A stretch of 63,924 nt of DNA, the filler included, from Lama guanicoe (taxonomy: Eukaryota), in assembly GCA_013239625.1 (NCBI GenBank). It is 181 parts of 181 records of this genome, joined end to end, with 100 filler letters (N's around TTAATTAATTAA, not from the genome) between each part and the next. Parts side by side here need not be neighbours in the genome. Positions count along the whole stretch, not along the records: positions 1 to 253 come from PNXV01048895.1; positions 354 to 606 come from PNXV01048896.1; positions 707 to 959 come from PNXV01048897.1; positions 1,060 to 1,312 come from PNXV01048898.1; positions 1,413 to 1,665 come from PNXV01048899.1; positions 1,766 to 2,018 come from PNXV01048900.1; positions 2,119 to 2,371 come from PNXV01048901.1; positions 2,472 to 2,724 come from PNXV01048902.1; 173 more parts are not named here. One strand, given 5' to 3'. Both the position numbers and the translations under genes were made by a program. The notes beneath the pieces are model-generated. The model was given only the letters and a program-made list of their open reading frames with translations, ran no database searches and had not been told where the DNA came from. Positions 1 through 11,549 of the stretch are shown here, one piece after another (the first letter of the stretch is position 1; each line of letters opens with the position of its first letter).

Positions 1-162
1 CCTCCTCCCTGGCAGAGCTGTATGCCTCACAGGGGTGATGAGGGGTCAGTGGGGTGCACTGGAAGGGGAAGGGGCTGACTGGGGAGGGAGAAGAGAGGGA
101 AGGGGGCCCAAGGGCGAGGACACTAGGGCGGGACGCATGGCTGCGGCTGGGGGGTCACTCAC

Positions 163-253
163 CGAATCGGTTCCATGAAGACAGGGAACTTGAAGCTGCC
201 GCTTGTGCCCAGGTGGGGACTGGGTTCCCTCTTGCCATAGGGCGGCGGGGGGC
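163..253 (-). CDS. Candidate 3' part of an internal exon, gene unidentified (one open frame: PPPPYGKREPSPHLGTSGSFKFPVFMEPI)
   Basis: Consensus donor G|GTGAGT at 162-157 on the minus strand; GC-rich; all three frames are open, so the frame is uncertain. Confidence 0.3.
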
Positions 254-353
254 NNNNNNNNNNNNNNNNNNNNNNNNNNNNNNNNNNNNNNNNNNNNTTA
301 ATTAATTAANNNNNNNNNNNNNNNNNNNNNNNNNNNNNNNNNNNNNNNNNNNN
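254..353. other. Artificial 100-nt linker N44-TTAATTAATTAA-N44; first of 180 copies, recurring every ~353-354 bp up to 63670
   Basis: Identical palindromic 12-mer with TAA in all frames, centred in N runs; the flanking fragments are unrelated and of near-uniform length. Confidence 0.99.
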
Positions 354-459
354 TGCTGAGCTGTCCTAGTTGCTGTCTGGTCCTGGGGAGCTGGCCTGCA
401 CAGCTGTTGCTGAGACCTGTCTCATCAAATCCAGTGACTTTATTCCTTCCCTACTATAC

Positions 460-606
460 TCAGATTGATGGAATCATTTCACTGATCTGTTCCATGCTGA
501 GGTGCAAGAAGTTCTGTGTGACTCTACCAGGCTCGGTCTTAGACATGCGATTTAGCAGTTCTGTGAGGGCTTCCTGATTCCTCTTGTTTTCTATGCAGGA
601 AATGGT
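460..606 (-). CDS. Candidate terminal coding exon, unidentified (TISCIENKRNQEALTELLNRMSKTEPGRVTQNFLHLSMEQISEMIPSI*)
   Basis: 48 open codons from the contig edge to TGA (462-460), followed by AATAAA at 444-439. Confidence 0.4.
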   Translation of the reverse strand, partial: TISCIENKRNQEALTELLNRMSKTEPGRVTQNFLHLSMEQISEMIPSI

Positions 607-1465
607 NNNNNNNNNNNNNNNNNNNNNNNNNNNNNNNNNNNNNNNNNNNNTTAATTAATTAANNNNNNNNNNNNNNNNNNNNNNNNNNNNNNNNNNNNNN
701 NNNNNNCAGGATATCCCAGTGACCGAGGCTGCCACCCCAAGTTCAGGGAAGGTATCTCCCTGACTTCCCCGAACAGGGAATTCCTGTGAATTAAGAGAGA
801 TGCGTGGAGTTGTCATTCGAGCTCCCCCACACACTGACAATATTTCCGGAATCCTGAGATTGGGGAGGTTCCACCAATGGTCGGCAGCCCGTGTGTTCTA
901 ACGGAATGCATAAGCTCGTTTCCCCTGAGGATTTTCCTAATATCTCTGTGCCAGGGAATNNNNNNNNNNNNNNNNNNNNNNNNNNNNNNNNNNNNNNNNN
1001 NNNTTAATTAATTAANNNNNNNNNNNNNNNNNNNNNNNNNNNNNNNNNNNNNNNNNNNNCTTGTCTAACTTATCAAATTCTCTCAAAAGGCCTTGCTAGG
1101 CAGCCACTTTCTGGCAGAATGGTTCCCTGGAGCGGAAGGAGGGCTGGGGTGGGGGGCGGGCAGCTGGCAGCTGTGTTTTCCAGGGTGTTTTACTGCTGAA
1201 GGCTCGCTGCTCTACAGGGAGACACAGGGATGCTCTTCACTGCTTTTCCTTCCTAGGGTCTCACATTGGCAGTAAACGCTGGTAAACTAGTAAAATCTGG
1301 TATTCCTTAGTTNNNNNNNNNNNNNNNNNNNNNNNNNNNNNNNNNNNNNNNNNNNNTTAATTAATTAANNNNNNNNNNNNNNNNNNNNNNNNNNNNNNNN
1401 NNNNNNNNNNNNATTCTAAATATTTGGGGGGCATTCCTGTATGCTCTATTTCAGTGCCTAGCCTC

Positions 1466-1650
1466 AGGTCTGCTGCCTGTTTTGTAAAGAAGTTTTACCA
1501 GAACACAGTTACATCTATTCACATACTATTTTCTACAGCTGCTTTCCTGCTACAAGGCAGGGTTGAGGAATTGCAACAAAGACTGAATGTCCAACAGAAC
1601 TTAAAACATTTACTACTTGATCCTTTAAAGAAAAAGTTTACTAAGTGCTC
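1466..1650. mobile_element. MER58-like hAT-Charlie MITE fragment
   Basis: CTGCCTGTTTTGTAAAGAAGTTTTA...GAACACAG...ATTTACTA...AAGAAAAAGTTT resembles the MER58 consensus. Confidence 0.75.
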
Positions 1651-2118
1651 TATTCTGTTTTATAANNNNNNNNNNNNNNNNNNNNNNNNNNNNNNNNNNN
1701 NNNNNNNNNTTAATTAATTAANNNNNNNNNNNNNNNNNNNNNNNNNNNNNNNNNNNNNNNNNNNNAAACTTCAGAGAACCCAGTAGCAGCAGGAAAGGTG
1801 GTGCCCATGACTCCAGCCTCCAGACTGCAGCAGCAGCAGTGGGGACTGGACCTCTGTTCTCTCAGCTGCCAAGGTGCCCATGCCCCTTGCCCACAGTGCC
1901 ACGATCTGCAGTGGTGGAACCCATAAACCTTCCAACACTAGACGTGGTAGAGGTGCCTGTGTGCCCCTGGCTTCTCCCTACCGTACTCTCCCCCCACAGT
2001 AGCAGACTCAGTGACTCANNNNNNNNNNNNNNNNNNNNNNNNNNNNNNNNNNNNNNNNNNNNTTAATTAATTAANNNNNNNNNNNNNNNNNNNNNNNNNN
2101 NNNNNNNNNNNNNNNNNN

Positions 2119-2371
2119 AGCCATGATTTCTTCAGATATTCTCTCTGCCCCTTGCTCTCTCCCGTCTCCTTTTGGTGCTCCCAGTATTCATATGTTGTAA
2201 TGCTGGGTTATGTGCCACAGGTCTCTTACGCTTTGTTCATTTTTTTCTTTATTTTTCTTTTTGTTTCTTAAACTAGAAAATCTCAATTGATCAATCTTCA
2301 AGATCACTGATTTTTTCTTCTTCCAGCTCAAATGTTCTATTAAAACCCTCTAGCAAATTTTTCATTTGTTA
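2119..2371 (-). mobile_element. Old L1 (L1M) ORF1-region fragment
   Basis: T-rich + strand with typical antisense L1 motifs (TCTTCAAGATCACTGATTTTTTCTTCT). Confidence 0.7.
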
Positions 2372-2471
2372 NNNNNNNNNNNNNNNNNNNNNNNNNNNNN
2401 NNNNNNNNNNNNNNNTTAATTAATTAANNNNNNNNNNNNNNNNNNNNNNNNNNNNNNNNNNNNNNNNNNNN

Positions 2472-2724
2472 CTTTGGTAAAAGGAGAAATACAAACAAAG
2501 TATAATTTTTAAAAGGAAACAATGAAGCACTGCCTATGTCTAAGGATACATTTTAAAGCAGTGGTCAGAGGAAAATCACTTCACAACACATATTTATCAA
2601 TAAAAATGAAATAAATCAATTATGTTCTCAATATAAAAACTAGAAAAAGAACAAAGTAAACCACAATAAAGGAGGGAAATTCTAAAGTTAAAGCCAAAAT
2701 TAAGGACATAGAGAACAGAAAAAT
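2472..2724 (+). mobile_element. Old L1 ORF2 fragment
   Basis: A-rich; AAAGCAGTGGTCAGAGGAAAAT and AAACTAGAAAAAGAACAAA motifs. Confidence 0.7.
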
Positions 2725-3883
2725 NNNNNNNNNNNNNNNNNNNNNNNNNNNNNNNNNNNNNNNNNNNNTTAATTAATTAANNNNNNNNNNNNNNNNNNNN
2801 NNNNNNNNNNNNNNNNNNNNNNNNTGATTCAGGGGCCTCTGCTAAAAACTCCGAGACAGCATCTGAGCATCCTATTATAATTTAAATCAGATAGTAAAGG
2901 CAGGAACCTAGTTATGTGCCTTGTTATAATAAATTCTCAATGAATAGAGGCTATTTTACCATGTTGACACTGACTAAAGCATTTTTTTCCCACCTGAGAC
3001 AGTCCCTAAACATTGCTGCATGTTAAAAAAAAAGTTGGTTTCTGTATTATTAACTGATGCTTCATTACCAGTACTTTNNNNNNNNNNNNNNNNNNNNNNN
3101 NNNNNNNNNNNNNNNNNNNNNTTAATTAATTAANNNNNNNNNNNNNNNNNNNNNNNNNNNNNNNNNNNNNNNNNNNNCCTTAATAAGTCACCCAGCTCCA
3201 CTCCTGTCATTGGGTGGGCACAGAACCAAGCCAGGAAAGACAGATGGTGCAAAACTGTCCAGAAGTGAGGGCTCCGCACAGTTCTGAAGAGCCCAAGTTG
3301 GAGTGTAATTGAGCCAACTATCCAAAAGCTCTTCTGAGATCACCTGTTTTTCTGGTCTGCTGCTTTAGAGAGCAGTTTAAATTTTTTTCATTAAAACAAC
3401 TGCTAAATTATCCTTTGGCCTTTTCATTCCNNNNNNNNNNNNNNNNNNNNNNNNNNNNNNNNNNNNNNNNNNNNTTAATTAATTAANNNNNNNNNNNNNN
3501 NNNNNNNNNNNNNNNNNNNNNNNNNNNNNNAACAACTTAATGTGGGGACAGGGCCAGAGAAAAAGAGAAAGGTGCACCCTTTTCCTACGTAACGGGTTTT
3601 GTAACGTTTGAAAATGCTGCCTTGCAAAGGGCTGTTATAGGAACACAATTTAACAACTATTATATGACAAGAAAGATGCAGACAAGGAAATAGAGACTAA
3701 AAACATTGTTAGTTATCTAAGACCACACAGAGAGTAACTAGTAACTAACAGCAGAACCCAGACCCACCTCCCCATTCCCACTCNNNNNNNNNNNNNNNNN
3801 NNNNNNNNNNNNNNNNNNNNNNNNNNNTTAATTAATTAANNNNNNNNNNNNNNNNNNNNNNNNNNNNNNNNNNNNNNNNNNNN

Positions 3884-4125
3884 ATGCTGAGCATCTTTTC
3901 ATGTGTCTGTGGACCATCTGTGTGTCTTCTTCAGAAAAATGTCAATTCAGATTCTCGGCCTATTTTTAAATCAGGTTGTTTGCTTTTTTTTTTTTTCTGT
4001 AGGGTTATGTGACTTCTTTATACATTTTGGATATTAACCCCTTGTCAGATACATGATTTGCAAATATTTCTCCCATAGTAGATTGCCGTTTCATTTTGTT
4101 GAGAATTTCCTCTGCTGTGTGCTTT
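3884..4125 (-). mobile_element. L1 ORF2 3' region
   Basis: TGAGCATCTTTTCATGTGTCTG...TTTTGGATATTAACCCCTTGTCAGAT...TTTGCAAATATTT are canonical antisense L1 motifs. Confidence 0.9.
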
Positions 4126-4264
4126 CACTCTCTTTTNNNNNNNNNNNNNNNNNNNNNNNNNNNNNNNNNNNNNNNNNNNNTTAATTAATTAANNNNNNNN
4201 NNNNNNNNNNNNNNNNNNNNNNNNNNNNNNNNNNNNGAGCCATACCTCCCTCGTTTATGGCTTT

Positions 4265-4489
4265 TCATTTTAGAGCAGTTTTATGTTCAGGGCAAAACTG
4301 AGGAGAAGGTACAGAGATTTCCCCTATGTGCCGCTGCCTCCCCCGTCAACATCCCCCACCCGTGAGATACGTTTCTTAGAACTGATGGCCCTACGCTGAC
4401 ATCCGTTATCGCCCCAAGTCCATAGTTTACGTGAAGGCATACTCTTACGCTGTGGGTTTGGACAAACGTATAGTGTGACATGTATCCAC
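4265..4489 (-). mobile_element. L1MB/MC-type 3' end
   Basis: TTTTAGAGCAGTTTTA...GTACAGAGATTTCCC...AAGTCCATAGTTTAC...GGGTTTGGACAAA. Confidence 0.75.
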
Positions 4490-6001
4490 NNNNNNNNNNN
4501 NNNNNNNNNNNNNNNNNNNNNNNNNNNNNNNNNTTAATTAATTAANNNNNNNNNNNNNNNNNNNNNNNNNNNNNNNNNNNNNNNNNNNNGGGTGGGGCCA
4601 TTGGCACCCCCTCCCCAGTGCCTCTGAGAGGTGGGGCTACTTATGGGTCTGTCCAACCCCCCCTGCACCTGCGCTGCAACATCAGAGACTTTGAGTCCAA
4701 CAGCAAGAAGATGCAGCTCCATGCCTGAGGTGCAGCCCATGAAGAAAACAGCCAGATCTGTAAGTTTCTGCTGAAGATGGGAGGGGCGGCAGAGGGGCGC
4801 AGAGCTGGGGCTGTTCCGCGGCCTGCTGTGTGCCTGGGAGACNNNNNNNNNNNNNNNNNNNNNNNNNNNNNNNNNNNNNNNNNNNNTTAATTAATTAANN
4901 NNNNNNNNNNNNNNNNNNNNNNNNNNNNNNNNNNNNNNNNNNCGTGTGGCTCATCACCGCTCTCCACCCAGGCGTGATCTGTGGGCCCCACGGAACCCCG
5001 GCACCTCCAGCACAGCCGCACCTGCCTCACCAGACACGCGGCTGCACGCCTGCGCTGTGCGTGCTGTCCTGTGGGTAGCAAGTCTGCTTTCTCATGTGTT
5101 CACGGGACAGTTTCTGTGAGCACGTTTGCAGCGGAGCAGAAAAATTAATCAGCTGGTCGTTGCTCGGAAGGAAAGATTGTCAGTTTGCAGGTATCNNNNN
5201 NNNNNNNNNNNNNNNNNNNNNNNNNNNNNNNNNNNNNNNTTAATTAATTAANNNNNNNNNNNNNNNNNNNNNNNNNNNNNNNNNNNNNNNNNNNNACAGA
5301 ACCAAGCACTGTAATAAACCATGAACAAAAACATAGTCCCCCCCCCCACAGGCCCACTCATCAAATCATCATAAAACAAGTGTAAAATTGCAACTGGGAC
5401 TAGTGGGAGAAAAGAGAGGCAGGTGTACAGTGTCATGAAAGTAAGCCACAGAGACAGCCAACCAAAGTCAGGAAAGTCAGGGAGGTGTTCTCCACTTAGA
5501 AAAAAAATGCGTGTGTCTATGTGTGCGTGCACATGCATGCCCTAGAATNNNNNNNNNNNNNNNNNNNNNNNNNNNNNNNNNNNNNNNNNNNNTTAATTAA
5601 TTAANNNNNNNNNNNNNNNNNNNNNNNNNNNNNNNNNNNNNNNNNNNNGCAGCGGATGGTAGAAACTTCAATGCCCAAATGAAGAGTTAGAGCTTTGAAG
5701 GGACTGAAGATTTTGAACAAGGGCCTAATAATCAACAAGAGGGGCTGAGAATGGACGGGAAACACAACAGAACAGAGTCTGTTTCAGTGGTCCAGGCGAG
5801 AGATAGGGAGGAACTCAGCCGGGACAAGGCAGCAGTGGGTCTCACACTGTAAAGGACATCAGATCCATCTGGGGTGTTTACTTGTTCAAACTGCAGATTG
5901 GNNNNNNNNNNNNNNNNNNNNNNNNNNNNNNNNNNNNNNNNNNNNTTAATTAATTAANNNNNNNNNNNNNNNNNNNNNNNNNNNNNNNNNNNNNNNNNNN
6001 N

Positions 6002-6254
6002 AGGTCAGAGATCCAACACAGTTCTCATTGGGCTAAATTCAAGTTACCAGAAGTGTTCCTTCCTTCTAGAGGGTCTAGAAGAGAATGTTTCCTAGTTTTT
6101 TTCTTTTCCAGTTTTCAGATGTCACCCACCTTCCTTAGCATGTGCCCGACGACTTCCTCCATTTTCATGGTCGGCAGCCTTTCTGAATATTGCTCCATGG
6201 CTACGCATCCCTCTGATTTTAAACTCAGCTGGGAAATATCCTCCATTTTAAGGA
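6002..6254 (-). mobile_element. MLT1 (ERVL-MaLR) LTR fragment
   Basis: AGGTCAGA..TCCAACAC..TCTCATTGGGCTAAA..TTCCTTCTAGAGG..TCTAG MaLR motifs. Confidence 0.75.
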
Positions 6255-9200
6255 NNNNNNNNNNNNNNNNNNNNNNNNNNNNNNNNNNNNNNNNNNNNTT
6301 AATTAATTAANNNNNNNNNNNNNNNNNNNNNNNNNNNNNNNNNNNNNNNNNNNNGTAAAAACGAGTTGGAGCTTGTACCTCCCCAGATACATTTATGTAT
6401 TGTCGTTTCCCACTGAAGAGAAAGTGTGTGTTCCCAACAAGTAAGGTGATTTTCAGCTTTCACACACATTTAGCTCTCAGATCTGAGCATGTGGAGAAAC
6501 CTACTTTCTTCTAGCTTAAAGGGAGTGGGTTGCATTAGGAATCATTACTCTGGTTTCTACAACTGTTTCCTACTTCCGGTCTGACAATCATGCCGTTTTC
6601 ACTGTAANNNNNNNNNNNNNNNNNNNNNNNNNNNNNNNNNNNNNNNNNNNNTTAATTAATTAANNNNNNNNNNNNNNNNNNNNNNNNNNNNNNNNNNNNN
6701 NNNNNNNGTGGTACTTTGTATCAACGATTTTTAGATAATGCTTATAAAGAAATGTGCAGGTGAAAAGTACGATTTAGCAAGACATGTTACTGATGTGATG
6801 TCATCAGCCTGGATGTGCCACGTAACTTACAAGCACCTCCTTGGATCCCTCTTATGTGGAGCCAATTGTTATGGTATCGAAGCATCACCTGAAGGGCACA
6901 CTGCCTGCACAGTCTCCTGAAGCTTTGAGGAGTAAGTGAAGTTGCTTCATGCTGTCTTTCNNNNNNNNNNNNNNNNNNNNNNNNNNNNNNNNNNNNNNNN
7001 NNNNTTAATTAATTAANNNNNNNNNNNNNNNNNNNNNNNNNNNNNNNNNNNNNNNNNNNNAAGATACTAATACTAAACATTTGGGAGCTGAGGAGAACTG
7101 ATTTTCAGAAGGCAGACTTCTCTTTGCGATGTCAGCTGGAGAAAGCTGTGCCAACGCCCAGGCTGTGGGCCTTCCTAGGGCTTGGCCTGCCCCTTCTCCC
7201 AGCTTCTGGAGTTGCCTCTGCATCAGCAGATCTCTAAGTGCAGAGCAATTGTGCCTTCAGGGTGGAGCACGGCAGTCAAGAGGGACCATCTAACAACCCC
7301 GAGGGGAGGGGAGNNNNNNNNNNNNNNNNNNNNNNNNNNNNNNNNNNNNNNNNNNNNTTAATTAATTAANNNNNNNNNNNNNNNNNNNNNNNNNNNNNNN
7401 NNNNNNNNNNNNNCCTGCTGTCTCATTGCCTTCCGGGTGGTGGCCGTGGACGTGGGCTGTCCGTGAGCCTCCTCTGGAACTTTGCTCAGCTGCCTTCTCC
7501 CTTCTGGCTCTTCATCCGTACCTGGTGATGGCAGAGAAGACCTCAGTGTACAGCCCCTCCTCTCGGGAGCATGTGTGTGTTACTGTTGGCACGTGTGGTC
7601 AATGTAAGGGAGCCTACGGTGAGGACTGTGGTGCTGTCTCATGTCCTCGATGAGCATATGCTGAGTNNNNNNNNNNNNNNNNNNNNNNNNNNNNNNNNNN
7701 NNNNNNNNNNTTAATTAATTAANNNNNNNNNNNNNNNNNNNNNNNNNNNNNNNNNNNNNNNNNNNNATTTGTGCTAACACATCTTCACTTTAAATAGGCT
7801 GTGGTTTTAATTTTTGGTAAGGTACTGAATTTTAAAGAGTATTTTGGGGCCACCAAATCTTTTGCATCGTGCAGAGAGTGTATATTGTACTGCAGTAATC
7901 TTGTGGTTACATTTGTATGGTCTGACTTAATAGATGTGAAGGTTAATCGCAGCTTGACTAAGGTAACAAAGTTGTTCAACTGTAGAGAGTAGACTCTCCT
8001 TAATCCTAGTAGTGTATACNNNNNNNNNNNNNNNNNNNNNNNNNNNNNNNNNNNNNNNNNNNNTTAATTAATTAANNNNNNNNNNNNNNNNNNNNNNNNN
8101 NNNNNNNNNNNNNNNNNNNTTTGATTGAAATATTAATCATTCACAACCCTAATGATCAAGAAGATGTGTATAGAATCCAATCAAATTTTGGTTTAAAAAA
8201 TGACATTTCATCTTAAAAGTTCAGTAATTTTTTCTCGGGAAAGCAGCAATGGTGGGATGAGGTAAGTTCTGGAGTCATTTCTCCCCCCTGCAAAGTGGAC
8301 CACAGTCAAGAGAGCTGGAAGATCACCACCCCTCTTACCATCTTGGCGTTAATTCCTCGTTTCCTTCTCCCTNNNNNNNNNNNNNNNNNNNNNNNNNNNN
8401 NNNNNNNNNNNNNNNNTTAATTAATTAANNNNNNNNNNNNNNNNNNNNNNNNNNNNNNNNNNNNNNNNNNNNCCCCAAGAAACTATGAAACTTGGACTGC
8501 TTTAATTTAATTCCTTGGCTTGTGTTTTCCTAGATTACTCCAATAGCATATTCTGAATCTCAGGCCCACCGAGGGCAGGTGTGTATTCTAGATTACCTAG
8601 AGAGATACTTTCCCCACCCAAAGGTATACAAGATAGACAAATTTCTTTCCCTTTTAGCCAAATTGTTTACTCCCACCAGCAGTGTATGAACCTTCTATGC
8701 AAATGCTTGGATTAGCATTTGTTTTNNNNNNNNNNNNNNNNNNNNNNNNNNNNNNNNNNNNNNNNNNNNTTAATTAATTAANNNNNNNNNNNNNNNNNNN
8801 NNNNNNNNNNNNNNNNNNNNNNNNNAGGGTGGTCAGTGGAGAACCGTTGCAAAGCAAAGGGCTTAAGGATGGTCCGAATCATCTGTTCAAGGCTCAGCCT
8901 GCGTAGCAGGATGAGCTGTGGGTCTGAAGCTCGCGGTTTCGTAGCCACGGGGCAAGGCTGGGACGTGGGAGCGGAGGGTTCCTCGCATCCACGGCAACCA
9001 CGTGCCCCCACGGACCCCTTAGAGTGACGTCGGGCTTGGGAAATGCTTCTGGCCTTCACGTCCAAGAGATCTGAGTGGNNNNNNNNNNNNNNNNNNNNNN
9101 NNNNNNNNNNNNNNNNNNNNNNTTAATTAATTAANNNNNNNNNNNNNNNNNNNNNNNNNNNNNNNNNNNNNNNNNNNNCTGGAAGGCTGACTGCCTTGGT

Positions 9201-9531
9201 CCAGCCAGATCACGGGAATCATCTGGAGGACTTGTTGAAGTCAATGCAGCTCCCAAGCCCTTGTCTGTGGTGGGCCCTGGGAACGTGTGTTTTCCCACAA
9301 GCACCAGGTTATCCTTCGAGGCGGAGGTTTGGTGAAGCGCCGAATCTCATCCTTGGCCCCAGGGAGCCACTCGGACCAGACCGTGCCCATGAAGGCCTTG
9401 ACTCAGCGCCACGGTTCTTAAACTCGGAAACNNNNNNNNNNNNNNNNNNNNNNNNNNNNNNNNNNNNNNNNNNNNTTAATTAATTAANNNNNNNNNNNNN
9501 NNNNNNNNNNNNNNNNNNNNNNNNNNNNNNN

Positions 9532-9700
9532 CAGGAGGTCAAATGGAAAGAAATGAGAATAGCTTCTAGGAGTTAAAAGTAGCCCAAGTTGGCAGCCAAC
9601 AGGGAAAACAGGTAACTCAACAGAGATCACAGCCCCTGAGTACCTTCATAGACTGAGCAGAGAACCCAGCCTACAGACTCTATCCTGAGATGATGTGGTT
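9532..9700 (+). mobile_element. MLT1-type LTR fragment
   Basis: AGCTTCTAGGAG..CAGCCAAC..GAGATCACAGCCC..GACTGAGCAGAGAACCCAGC. Confidence 0.5.
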
Positions 9701-9884
9701 AAATGAATTATAAACTTGAAGTTAGTCTTGCCAAGTGGGGGTGGGTTAGTGTAGGGGCCTGGTGCTATATCAGACTCACTTCTTNNNNNNNNNNNNNNNN
9801 NNNNNNNNNNNNNNNNNNNNNNNNNNNNTTAATTAATTAANNNNNNNNNNNNNNNNNNNNNNNNNNNNNNNNNNNNNNNNNNNN

Positions 9885-10049
9885 TTATTGTTGTTAATCT
9901 CTTACTGTGCCTAAATTATAAATTAAACGTTATTATAGGCATGAATAGGAGGAAAACAGAGTATGTGTAGGGTTTGGTGCTATCAGCGATTTCAGGCCTC
10001 TACTGGGGGTCTTGGAAAGTGTCCCCTGCAGAAAGGGGAGACTGCTGTG
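9885..10049. mobile_element. MER44/Tigger7-type DNA transposon end
   Basis: TTATTGTTGTTAATCTCTTACTGTGCCTAA..TTTCAGGC..ACTGGGGGTCTTGGAA..AAGGGG..ACTGCTG terminal repeat. Confidence 0.8.
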
Positions 10050-11296
10050 ATGGCACCCCTGTTCTGCATTGACGTTGGATGCTTTGGTGTGACAATTTAT
10101 TATAGGTCTCCTTTACCATTTATTATAGTTTCCTTTANNNNNNNNNNNNNNNNNNNNNNNNNNNNNNNNNNNNNNNNNNNNTTAATTAATTAANNNNNNN
10201 NNNNNNNNNNNNNNNNNNNNNNNNNNNNNNNNNNNNNAAATATTTCTAAACATCTAGTTTCTCTGTAAAAGGAAGCCTATATTCAGTAATTAATTTTTCA
10301 ATATTTTATCTTGTTTGGAAATGAGCAGGACATTCAATAAATTTCCATTATTTAATTTAATTTAGCAAAAATCTAAAGTTGCAAGTTACCAGAAAGGTTT
10401 GGAGAAACTAATTTTAAGTAGAAATATCATAAAACAATATATTCCTCATATAAATAGCTCATATGACTTAATAAGAAAAAAGCAAACAACNNNNNNNNNN
10501 NNNNNNNNNNNNNNNNNNNNNNNNNNNNNNNNNNTTAATTAATTAANNNNNNNNNNNNNNNNNNNNNNNNNNNNNNNNNNNNNNNNNNNNACCTCCTGCG
10601 GGACATGGACGTTGCACAGTCCCTACCTATGGCACCAATGTGTCTGGGATGTGGGGCCAACCGGGCACTCCCCAGGAATCCAACTGCCTACGGGGCATCC
10701 CAAAAGTAACCCCCGTCGTCATCCAAGGGCTGCATCACCGTCACGTTGGTAAGGGCCAGGGCGTCTCTGGCTGGCGGGGGTTTTTATCTTAACATTTTTT
10801 CAATTTTTATCTTAATGTAATGACGTATCTTTTTTAATCTTGTNNNNNNNNNNNNNNNNNNNNNNNNNNNNNNNNNNNNNNNNNNNNTTAATTAATTAAN
10901 NNNNNNNNNNNNNNNNNNNNNNNNNNNNNNNNNNNNNNNNNNNTCCTTCCTGAGGCTGGAAAGTGGCTGCTTTAGGACAATCCAAAGCAAGACCCCACAA
11001 CAGGGTATAAAACAAGGCGGGGGTCTCACCCTAGGTTGAATATAAAATAGGAGTCGGGAAAGGCTTGATCCTTGGGTGACAGATGTGTGCAATGTTTCTG
11101 AATCTAAGTCAGGTTGAAGCTGGGAAGATGGCATCACAGAGCCTTCTGCTTCTCAACTTGACTGCCACTTTCTTTGGCCAAGGAGCCTGATCTCCANNNN
11201 NNNNNNNNNNNNNNNNNNNNNNNNNNNNNNNNNNNNNNNNTTAATTAATTAANNNNNNNNNNNNNNNNNNNNNNNNNNNNNNNNNNNNNNNNNNNN

Positions 11297-11549
11297 AGGG
11301 CAGGCCCAGGTGAGGCGAAGCCCAGGAGATAGTGGGAAGGACCAGGAGCGAGCGGGCCAAGGAAAGGGCAGGCCCAGGAGAGGGCAGGACCAGCATAGGG
11401 CAGGAACAGGAGAGGCTCAGCACAGGTGGGGGCAGGCCCAGGAGAAAGCTGGTCCAAGTGAGGGTAGGTCCATGAGAGGGCAGGAACAGGAGAGGTCAGG
11501 CCCAAGTGACAGCATGTCCAGGTAAGGTCAGACCCAGGTCATGGCAGGC
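11297..11549 (+). repeat. Diverged 16-bp G-rich tandem repeat, consensus ~AGGGCAGGCCCAGGAG, ~15 units
   Basis: Successive units AGGGCAGGCCCAGGAG, AGGGCAGGACCAGCAT, AGGGCAGGAACAGGAG, AGGCTCAGCACAGGTG and so on fill the contig. Confidence 0.9.

Noticed and set aside
707..959. Possible satellite monomer or coding fragment
   Set aside because: No internal periodicity, second copy or recognisable protein is visible in this window
7896..7962. Possible small exon (NLVVTFVWSDLIDVKVNRSLTK, AG..GTAACA)
   Set aside because: Weak pyrimidine tract and no recognised homology
11297..11549. Immunoglobulin switch region or repetitive protein
   Set aside because: It lacks dense GAGCT/GGGGT pentamers, and a 16-nt period is not a multiple of 3
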